Part shown: in pieces, positions 38,589 to 50,500 of the stretch | How the letters are laid out: each line of letters begins with the position of its first letter | How positions within the stretch are numbered: position 1 is the first letter of the stretch | Program-made: the position numbers and the translations under genes | The notes under the pieces: generated by a model | What the model saw: only the letters and a program-made list of their open reading frames with translations | The model's database searches: none | What the model was told of the DNA's origin: nothing | Source of the DNA: Tubiluchus corallicola | Taxonomy: Eukaryota > Animalia > Priapulida | Assembly: GCA_030141605.1 (NCBI GenBank) | Contig: JAQGDQ010000134.1 | Location: 186,001 to 250,000 of the forward strand | Length of the DNA: 64,000 bases | Direction: 5' to 3'

Positions 38589-41500
38589 CTAGGAGTATTG
38601 CAACTTCGACAAGAACTTGTCCACATCTGCTTCCCACAAGCTTCCAATTTTCTTCTCCTGAAAATCAGAGAAAACTTAAATGATGACTGTACCCAAACAT
38701 GTGTAGTTCTAAACAGATATTTATAAAAATCACATCAAACAGGGTTATCCTCTATTTTAAAAAATGTTAAATTTTGCCACAGTCTTTCTTCTATTTAAAA
38801 ATCGAGGTACTCCCGAGGGTGGCACGGATAAAGCGAGAAAAACTCATCGAATCAAAATATATTCTGTGAACATAGCAGCATTTCCCTTTAAAAATGCATT
38901 AACAATACCATTTATCTGTCCACCTTTGCGACCATTTAATAACCTAACCATATCTTATTTTAAGCATTGTTTAGTTAATTGTGTTGCCTTTAATTCCTTG
39001 TATAGCATGACCAACTAAGTAAAAATAAAAAGATAATAAAAAACATCTACTCGTTTTGTTGGTATAGGGACTATTTAGTGTGAAATCAATTTATTTTAGA
39101 ATGAAAGTTTGATTGTTCAAGGTTTTGTAGTTATGAACAGTTGGATTCAGGATGAAATAAAGCAGTTAATTTAATATTTTAATCATGAGTTATAGCTTTT
39201 AACTCTTTTTATCGAAAAAAGAATGTGGTTTTTAATTAAGCTGCTCAAAAAAATTTCCAAAAAGTTAATATCAAGTAGTGACACACGTTATTCAATATTC
39301 AAATGTCACATATGAACAATTTTCAGAATTTATACGGTCCTTAGAGGAGCAACACAGCTAGAACAAGAGTCTGACAGGTTAACGGTTTTTGTTTGAGTAT
39401 TTTAGAAATCACTGTAAAGCCCGATTGATCAATCTAAGTTCAGTGCAAGAGAACAAAAGTGAACAAAACACATTTCAACTATCAGTTGCAACTAAGTTAC
39501 TTCATTTACATCAATCACCAGGTTCAAGTAATTACCGTATTTTCCCATGTATAAGAGACCCCTTCAATTTTCAGGCAAAAATTCTGGAAAAAAGTTTTTT
39601 GGTAATGAATAACTTTATTCATCATAGAAATCATTAAATTCCTCATCACTCTCATCAAAAATATCAACTGGAGTCAGACCTTCAGCAATTCCAGCCAGTT
39701 CATCATCAGAGGAGTCACTCTGCTCAAAAATGGCATTGTCCTCTGTGCCGTCCATGGCATTGGAGATGCCACACTTCTTGAAAGATTTAATAATGACCTC
39801 TGGCTTTACACCATTCCATGCCTTGAGGACCCAGCTGCAGACTTCTCCAAGGGTTGGCTTACTCCCATGTATAAGAGACTCCCTATTTTTAAAGTGAAAA
39901 TTCTGAGCAAAAAAGGGTCTCTTATACATGGGAAAATACGGTAATAACAGAGTCAAATTAAATTAAATAAGTCCGGTAAATACCTTCTTTTTACTAGCTA
40001 CAGGAGGATACTTCCCACTCATCACTTTTTTATTCCTATGTGAAGCATTTTTCTCTACAGCAGGTAAGTGGTTTTCTACTGAGGCTGTTTTAGGAGTATC
40101 AATCATTGCGAGTTCAGCATAGTTTTCTTCCAGTGTGTCAACACCACTATCTTGCACTGCTGCACTTTCGGTTCTTGTCCCGGGACTGGCATGCTGTTCT
40201 TTGAATACCATACCATCTGGACTAGTATTAGCATTTAGTGTCAAGTTCACATCATTTTGACTAGATTGCAAATATTTAGTAGGTGTGAACTGCAATGCGA
40301 TAAGAACCTCGGCGGCTTCGCTGTCTTCTGCTTCACAAAATGAAGTCATTTTTCTTGGGGTCACGTTCAAATTTGTAGACCTATCACTCAAGGACCGTTT
40401 TTGACTGATTAATGGACCATCAGTTGCAGATTGTAAGTTGGTTTTGAAAGATTCAGTAAAAATGTTTTGATTTTCATGTGCTAAACTTGTGTTTGTGACA
40501 CTAGGTATCGCTGTACAGTGTGTAACCATTTGCAGTGTGGAGGTAGCTTTAACTACTGATAGAACAGAATTCGTAGTTTTGGAAACAGTTTCCGTACCAT
40601 TACTACGTGCATTCTTTCCCGCCAAGCCTCGCTTTGTTTTAGTAGTCTTTGTACTACATGTGCTGCCACCTATCGACACTGGGAAGAAACAAATATATCC
40701 TTTAGTGCGAAAATAAAAAGGGAAAAAATTACATTGCTGATTTATGAAAAGGACAAACACTGTATAATGACAGAAGTTATGGAAAATTTGCTGCAAATAC
40801 CAGTATTAAAATTTTTGAATATGCTTTCACTGGGACCTACATGTGTAATTGTCTATTTAAGTTGAAATGAGAAAGAAAGATCACAAAAAGGTTAATAATA
40901 ACAAACCAGGTGAACTGTGCTAGATGGGAAAAGTACAGGAATCTCTGCGAAGCCAGGAAGAAGCATTTGGACCATAGGTCACAGACTTTAGAGGAAACAG
41001 ACTAAGCACAAAGTCATAAACACCAGGACATCTAAGTATTCCCAAAGGGAAGGAAAGGCTGTATTGAGCACTAGGAAAACTGGGAAAATTTGCAAGCATA
41101 GGATAACAAAACGTCAAGGAAATTAAGGAACATGTGAGCACAGGAGAAGAGCATCGCACGAGAAGTGAAGAGAAGGGTTAATTACACAACAATAACCTGC
41201 ATTGACGACGTTCTGGGTTAGTTTTGGCCGCAAATGTCTCTGCCTAGGTGTCCTCGCCAGCTGTCCAGGTAGTGCAGACAATGGATTCAATGTCCTGGTT
41301 AAAGGAAGTACTGTAGCATCTGGTTGCAACAACACATTGCAAATTGCACCACGGGGTTCATTCAATGATGATGTGCCCAAAAGTTGCCTACCTTTTGGTA
41401 AAATGCGAGGCAATGAGCTACTATTATTACGACAACTAGCCTTTTCAGCCAGTTTATCACAAGACAGCTTATAACTCTTACGTGGAACAGGCACGGCTTG

Positions 41501-44500
41501 GTCATTCACAATATCGTTATTTCTCTTGAGAACAGTACGCTTGCCCTTTAGCAAATTAGAATGCTCACCAATTGGACATGAGGCTTTTACTGATGCATTA
41601 TTTGTTCCTAAACTTGTCTTTGCAGATGCATCTGCTGCAATATTCTTAACAGGTGCAGTTCTTCTAGATTTTTCCACATTCTTTCTGCTATCTGTCAACG
41701 CTTGCATCCCTACGAGATGGTTTTTGCATCTCTGTTTGCTATCAACAACCTTTGTTTTCTTCATTTTACACTTATCTTTCTTCGAGTGAATTTTTACATC
41801 TCTTGCGATAGGAGCCGCTACAGCACCACACTTTGAAAAGCTATCTGCTTCAACATTTACTGAGCACACTTTCTTTAGTTTATGTGTTGTAGTTTTTGTT
41901 GATTTTGTTCGCTTTGTACCATGTTTAGCCGCTTGTTGCTTGACGTTGGTTGATCGTAAATCAGATTGGTGAGGTTCTGAAATGATCAAATTACAAACAG
42001 TTCCTATAAAAGATCCATACTCATTACGGGAATAAATTTGTCAACCTTAGTATTGCTAGCCTGTGGAGATCATAACAATTTTCAGTTATATGTAAAGGCA
42101 ATATGGCTACCACATAGCATATGTAACTTTCAAAAATTGCCATAATGATGCCATAATCAAGTTACAAAAAATCCTTATAAAGACGATAATCCACTAAAAC
42201 CTTTCAGATAAATGTGGCTAGAGGAAAGAAAAAACAAAAAAGATATAAAATTAATGATTATTTTGCAGGTAAAGTTATTAAAAAAAATATGTTTTTAATT
42301 ACCTGGACTGGAGAAATGCAGAGTTGTATCAGCATTTCCTGGCAAATGTGACAACGGCAATTGACTGCAAGCCATTGTGGGCAAAAGCTGAGCATATCCT
42401 CCTATCGTGCTCAGTTGATAATCAAGCTGAACTGGAAACCCCGTGTGAAAGGAAGTCATAAATGATCCATGAGTATCAGCAACTTTCAAAGAGGGAGCAA
42501 TACTCCTTAAATCTTGGCCTATGGATGGAGTTGATTGAAGCTGTTTGTCATTATCAGATGCTGTTGAAACGCAGGCGTTTTGCTGTGTGTTTGCTACCCG
42601 ACTGTTACGCTTTGAAATCTTTTTAAGTCCACGGAATGGCTCTTTAACAATTTTCTCTCTCTCTGTATTGGCATCTCCAGCGCTTTGAATTCCATTACTT
42701 GTCTCACCATCACTATCACCATGACCTTGTGCTTGTTGGCTAACAATTGCATTTTCTGATGTACAAGAGATGTGTCGCAAATGTGTAGCCTGCTGGTATT
42801 CGGCAGACGTTGAACGACTAGAATAATTGCTACCTGGTTTTGTGATCATATTGGCTTCACTTGAGCTATGAAGGGGTGAGGAATCGTCCGTGAAAAATTT
42901 AAATGTTGTGTTATCCAAAAAGGATAAGCTAGGCAGAGACTCACAAAACCCATCACCTGAAAACAGCTGCCTAGCTGGTTTTGAGAAAGTCACTTGGGTT
43001 ACCTCGTGCGGCACAGATGTCATACTATGTGCGACATGCAGCATACTGTGTGTAGTATGCGGTGCGCCATGTGCAGCAAACGTCATGTCACGAGGAGCAT
43101 GTAACAGAGACCCAGTATGTTTTCTGAGAAAGTTATATATAGAATTGCTGCTGTCTCCAATGCACAGCGTCCCAAAGCCATGCTGAGTGGCTTCAGCAGT
43201 TAAATGTGGTTGGTTGGGCATAGAAACCACATAAGTCAGGCTCTTGCTAGTGGGAACATCTTCTGATTGCACAACAACCGGTACGCTCCTGACACCTTCC
43301 ACAACAACAGAACTGCGATCAAAGTCTTCCACGGATGCAATATTGCAAGAGGAAACCTGGCGCCTGCGACCTGGACTTCTTAAAATGTTTGGTAATTTTT
43401 TAGGTGATGGAGACATGTTTGGTAATTTTTTAGGTGATGGAGACTTTGCAAAACTCTGCATCAAGGACAATCTTTTGGATGATGAATATAACTTTTCGAG
43501 TGCGGAAGATCTCGAAGTGCTGGGAGTTATTATGGCAGACGTGACAGTATTTGACTGACAACCACTCGTATTGTCCTGAAAATAAGACGAAGACAGACAT
43601 TCCACAGACTCATGTGAACTTTTGTGCCAATCAACACTAGATAAGGGAATCTTTTTGGGCGTTGAAGTTTTTGCAACATGAGTGGTCATGACTATAGATG
43701 GCGTCTCACAGCTGTTTTGAACTGGCTGTAATGGCAGCTTGCCACTTGGACTTTGCAGTACATTTGCTAGTGAGGTGAACTTACTAAAACTTGCACGAGT
43801 ATTCACACTAGAGCATCTGGTAGGAGAGAATGAACTTAAAAGTGTTGTACCAGCAGCAGACATACCATGTTTATTCTTTGGAGAAATAACATAAACGTCC
43901 TGTTCATTAGTCAGAATGTCATCGCCAGGCTTGCTATCATGCTTGTTACTGATATATGCCGATTGTGTTTTGAAGCCACTCAGAAAATTAGCATTTGGTT
44001 TAGCACAATGGACAATGTCTTCAGATGTGATTGGTACAGAATCTTTTATAATAAACTGCTGTGAAGGCATGTTTTCATGGCATGTAACACTATCGGAAAA
44101 GATAGTTTTCTTTGGCGTTTCGATGATGTTATGAACTTTCACAATCTGATTGTTTATAGTGACGTCATTGGAATAGACATGAATGTCAAACTGTGCGCCC
44201 GCATCTTTGATGACCTCCGGGGTAGTTTGCAACAAAGTGTTTAATTGTTGTGTTGTTTCTTTGGAATTGCTAAACCCAAATGATGTACTCTCAGAAGTTG
44301 ATAACTTTTGCAACTTTGCAGAAGGAGTAACGTAACATTTCTCTTGCTGAATAACTGCTGAACATCCATCGGTGCATGAATTGCTCGAAGAAGCATTGAC
44401 AATTGCTAATAAGCTACATAGGGCCGGTGCGCATTCGCTACAGTCACTGCTTACTTTTGTAGCTACTGATTGTCGTGACAAGTTAACAGAAAAGTTTCTT

Positions 44501-47500
44501 CTTAATTCACTCTGCATTTCTTTACTGAATAAAGCTGATGTGTGTGTATTATCATTTCGGTTCTCGGTCTGATATGAGTTCTTTGCAACTACTTTATCAG
44601 TTCCAGACGTACCACTATTAGGGAAATCAACAATGCTCCCATTCTGTAGACCACTATCCGATACCCCTTTCTTGACCTTGCTAAGTTTGCCAGAAAGTTT
44701 ATATGGTGAAGTTCCTAATTTGTCTAAGTTATGCGCATTTGCTTTAGTTTTTGACGGAGTCCCTTTATTTGGAGAATATAATTTAACTTTAGCTTCCATT
44801 GGACTACGTTTGCATGGACTGCCCTCTGCCCTTTTGCTTGGCGAAATTCTTATTTTTTCTAAGCTGAGAACTTTTGTCTTAGTTTTTGTTGGACTTTTAT
44901 TTGGACTCGGTGATTTCACTTTAGCTTTCATTGGACTTTTTTTGTACGGACTGCGCACAATTGCTTTAAAAGGACTCCTCTTTGCTGGGCTTCTTTTGTA
45001 AGGACTTTTGGTAGCCACCTTCCTTCTTGGAAATGCTGTTGTTGTAGTCGACAGAGTGCGAATGTTGACCCTGCGAGGAGGTTTTGTTATCCTCTGCATT
45101 TCTGCCGGACTTTCGGGCATTTCGGTCGGCGTCACACGAGCAAAACTGAAATGATCGGGACGACTGTCAGCAGAAGATGAAAGGTTCTCTAAAGTGACCG
45201 GTGAAGCAAACTGCAGGGGTGAGTTTTCAACAGCGAGAGCTTCATTTGATACAGTTTTTGTGGCCATCATATTCACTCTCTCATTGGCTGCGCTTTTAGA
45301 ATATGAAACTATAGTATTGTGCTGCGTGTTAAGCAAATCACTGCCATGTATCGCATTTGCTTGTGATGAGAGAGGAGTCTCAGATATGATGTCTGTTGCT
45401 AGTGACCTGGTACTGGAGCAGGCAAGTGTACTTGAATAGCTTAGATTTGAAGTATGCAGGTTATCACATTTTACATTGCTATGACTAAAATTAATAGGTA
45501 CTTCACATCTGGTACTAGTAACACAGGCTGCTGTGCTCAGATCTGGATCCTGCTGACCACCTGCAGTAGCAGGAATCAGATTTACAGGTGTGACAGAACA
45601 ATTCTCGGTTGAAGATGTCAGCACACCACTTTTCTGCAAAGGAACGTTAGAGTTTGCTAGCATGGATTCTTGCACTTCTCTATCACTGATAAAAGATTTC
45701 TGACATTTCTCAACATGCGATGTAGAGTCTGGCTTGTTTAGTTCAGATGCAACTTTTGCTTGTTGATTTTGTTCAGGTACAGCAGTTTTTAAACCGTCAG
45801 TCTCATCATCCTTGTTAATTACTACTGATTCAGGTACGCTGACGTTCCCTTCAGTTTGAATAGTTTCCGGAAACTTGGTGTCCAATCCAGCGACACGTGC
45901 ACACTGCTCTTGGGTGTCTCCATCTTGTAGCAGCAACTCTAAATAAACAAAATGTTTGGTTACAGCTCAGTGCACACTGGATACAACTTGGATAATAACG
46001 AAGTGTGTCTTCTGTCCTAAAACAATCTGAGTGAGCCCTCAACGAAGCTAAAGTTGGTCATTTTTGACATACTCAAGTAAATTAGTTTCAAGTACTCAAC
46101 ATACTAAAATAAAAATTTTGTAATAGCATCAGGTCAGTAGGGAACTATTTTGAGCAAGTCAGAATGATTACACGTAATGCCAGGTTTCTCGAACTGTGAT
46201 GTCGTGTGGTTACTGAATATGCTGTTAATTACCCAACAGACAAGTTTAATGTGTATATCAGCTGCAAACTTACTTTTATTTTTATTAATGTTGCAAACAG
46301 CCACTAAATACTATGTTTATTTGCATTATATTATAATTATTGCATTTGTAAAAGATCAAAATGTACAGCTCAGTCCATTAGTTGTGATCATGATATTTAG
46401 ATTAATTTCAGAACTTGGACACAGAACATGCAAGTATAATAAAACAAAAGTAACATTACATACCAAAGTCAACCATCCCGAAAAGAGACTCAAACAATGG
46501 ATCCTGACACGTAATGTCAGCTGCTTCCTTTAAGCCCCTATCAGAAACCAAGTGAGGCTGCAAAAAGAGTGATATGATTTAAGATTATAATTCACCATCA
46601 GAGTATAAATAAACAAAATAAATATTGTCACAAAACATGACTACCAAGAGATCACGGGAATCTAAGCTATGCGGAACCTTGCCTACCACAGACCTCACGG
46701 TTCGACGGGTTAGTGAATTTATGTAAATGTTTTTCACCAACTGCACTATGTCACACATACATTCACGTAATCAGGATAATCGACTTTCAAATTTTGGCAG
46801 CTTACAGTAAACTGTATAGACAGTTTTTGATGGACCATCCAAATTCTTATTGATAAAAGAAGTTTAATTTTAATATACGTAGCAGCTGAAATTAGTGAAT
46901 TACGTCACAAATGCCTATCATCAAATTTACCATATCAGAAAATGCTTGCAAATCTATAGGAGGCTCTTGACTTGGAGTTGCTGGAGTAGTAGGCGTAGAC
47001 TGATCCCTGGACTCCAAGCCTCCAACTTTGTTTATATTAGCAGCTATTTTCTTATGGAATTCCATGTTTCCCATCAATCGCTCAAAAACTTGCTGAAAAA
47101 CAAAAAAATGTCAAATTCCTCGCATGAAAATTGGTAATTATTTAGAAGTTATATCATACTGCAGGAAAAATAAATAATATAACAATATGAAATGCATTTT
47201 AGCAAACAACTTCGCAAAGTTTGTATTTGTTACCATATTACTATAATAGCAAATATTTATCATTGTGACAATAGCAAAACTAAGTCAAATTAAGAACACC
47301 AAGTATACACATAATTAACAAATTTTTCAAGACACACTAGATAAAAAGAAAAACACGAACAGACTGAAAATGAATCTGGAATTGAACAAGGGGTTTAAGG
47401 ACGCAAGCCAAAAGTGCTAACCACTAACCTATACACCACCATCCTCATCCAAACAATTACATCTAAATGGTTCACTAAAACATCCATTATTTGCAAAGTA

Positions 47501-50500
47501 ATAGTTTGCTCAACATGGTACAGTGATTATCCAACTAGTTAGATGAAAATTGTCGTGTGGCAGTGCAGAACAGGAACATAAATGTAAATTGGGGTTCCCA
47601 ACCTGGCATACATGTAACCGCAAGATACATTTGCACTTCACAGGTACATCAATAATGGGTGCATACGTCACGCATGATAATGTAGTGTAGAGCAACCGAG
47701 TAAAATGCTGTGCCATTTTAGATAAATACTTACAGGTAGCACAGTCTCCACACCTTCAATGACAGCTTGCTCTTCTTCGGGAGTCAAGTGAGTGTTCTCA
47801 CTCACTGCAGGATGGCTTGGTAAATGTCGTTTAGGTGCGCTTAAAGGAAAAATAAAGAAACTAATTGGTACGCCAAATCATGGTAAACCACGGCTTCAAC
47901 AAATATTGAAACATAGCATAATGGTTTTATGACAAAACTTTATTTAAAACTCTAAAAAGTTAAAAGCAGTCAACAATTAAGGCCACGAGACAATATTAAA
48001 CTTACCGTTTTCTTTTTGGAGATTTCAGTTTCGATACCGTATTTGTTTCTGCACTAGCAGGTTCTTTATCAGGAAAGTTCTGTTGCAAAGTGCCAACAAC
48101 ATTACTCGATTCTGATGCAGCAACTTCATTCAAAATTAGTAGGTCAAAATTTGTGCTGTTTCTCTGGAGATTGGAAGTATGATCAGGTAAAGTACTGCTA
48201 AATGTCTGAGTAGCTTCGACAGGTAAATCACTGTTGTTGCTGAGAACATATCTACCAGGTAAATTTTGAGCAACACTCTGAGTAGCCGGAACAAGTATAT
48301 TTTGGCTATTATTTACTTCCTGGCTAGCTTGAACAGGTAAATTGCTATTGGCAGTGGCAATACATTGATTAGACAAATTTCGACTATCACTCCCAGCTGC
48401 TGCTGGTAAATTCTGGGCACCCTGTCTCATCGGGTTCAAGGTATTATTACGGTCCTTACCCGACGATGTATTTTTTCCAGAACGTTCTGGGACATTAACC
48501 TGTTGCTTGGCACGTCTACAGTTCCTAAGAAAGCCACCTGTACGTTGCAAGGTGGGAGTCATTGTACACAATGGCACTTTTTCAAAATTTTTTGTTACCT
48601 GTTGAATGCCACTCATGAATCTGTTGATATCGCAAATTACAACTTCGCTTTGAACTGGTCCCGATGCATTATTTTGATTAGATGCTGTTACCAATGCTTC
48701 AGGTTCGAAAGAAACATTATTTACTTCACTGTGTTCTTGACCTGCAGAACTATAATTTGGCACATTGGTTTTATGTGTGGTTACAGTATGAGGCAATGTA
48801 AAAACTTGAGAGCTTTGAGCAGCAGAACCAGTTACAGCAGACCCAGATGGAATGGTGAAAGCCAGAGTGTAAACAGGAGACGAGGGCTGCACTAAAAAAG
48901 AGTAAATGGATAATTTACATTTGCATGAGTTATAAGTCTTACTTTTGACTAAATTTTTAGAAATGAAAGCAAATGGTACACCATTATTTTTAGCACATTT
49001 CAACTTTATATGCCCAAAATTGAACTGAAAACATTACATGCTGTGTAAGCAATGAATGATGCGAGTTAATATGTAACTTAAAATGTAAAATATTATATAC
49101 ATTCAATTCAATTTTAGGTAAGAAGTTAAGTTATTATTTGATTTTTATTATAAATTTGTTAAGCATTACCAGACAGTGCTTGTAAATACAAACAAACAAT
49201 AAAAGCTATAGACAGAAATTATTTTGGTAATTTCTATCATGAATAACTTGAAGAAGTTTATTGTTCTGTATCTTGTTGAACAAAAAAAAGTAAAAAAATA
49301 CATAACTTACTGGCAGTGTCGCTAAGGCTCTCAACCTGTGCTGCATCACCATCGCATAACATTTTATTGTTCAATAGACGTTCTTTTACTTGATGAATAA
49401 AAGCGTCTACATCATTTACGATGGGAAATTCACCCTGCTGATCTGCACCTAAACATAAAATAATTAATATTATCGTGCAATTTCTATGGAGCCAAGAATA
49501 ATTTTCTGATTGCAAGCACAGTCAGCATTTAAATTCGTCAATTGGATTCGGATTTCGGTTTTGAGTTTGTGTGGAATGAGCAAAATTTGTTGCCAATATT
49601 TTCACCAAGCTTTGCAGTTTTCATTAGTTATTGATTGAAAACCAAGAACTTAAGATTTTGACCTTAATTCAGAATGACCAAAGTTTTGACCTGTATGTTC
49701 GAAATGAAGTTACAGGTCACCGTGTAAAGAGGCTCAAGATTGATTTGTTAACAAACTGCAACTAATTTCAAAGGGCAAACGCATACAAAATTAGGCCAAC
49801 CAACAATGTTTTTATCAACAAGTAAACAAACTTTACTTTTAAGTACTCTTAGAAGTATTAATCATGTACTGCACTGTAGAAACTCAATAGTACATCTTCA
49901 TTAACTTATATTACGTATGTCAGTTATTACAATTTCGTATGTACATAAACAACCTAGGTATGATATTTCAAAATGAAAATTCGACAAAAAATGATTCAGA
50001 ATCTGATTTTAAGTCATACCACGACAAGCCTTCATCTGCCCATAATCTGCAAGTATTTCCAGTAAGGTCTTGTTGCCCACTTTAGTAGAATATTCTTGAC
50101 CCGATTTCAGCAAATCTGCATACTCACTCAAACTTTTACACTCATTTAAAAACACAGCATACGTTGCAACACAATGAGTTTCTTTCAAATAGCCTGTAAT
50201 AAAAAGTGGTCAGTGAATCAGTAACAAAATGTATTAATTCTTACTGGTTAAATTTAATAGATATAATCTTCCTATTATTAGATTTATTTATAAAATTCAA
50301 GATTCAAGATTCATTGTGTATCAGCAGCTAAAGCCTACATATTGCAATACTAGCCAAGAATTGTTTTGAACAGTAAAAAAATTATTTTTAGAAACTAAAC
50401 AAATGAGAACATATGATGTAGTTTTCAACTATTTTTATTTCACCACTCCATTATGTACATGATGTATTTGACTAAAACGTTTTTTCCAATGGGCACAACA

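Noticed and set aside
39615-39956. Exonisation of the pogo fragment as an in-frame NPAT C-terminus
   Set aside because: The nearest plausible acceptor (~39884) is out of phase with the exon 10 donor and gives a stop within a few codons.
42890-45439. Multiple plus-strand ORFs opposite NPAT exon 8
   Set aside because: Antisense shadows of a long coding exon, with no independent motifs or splice structure.
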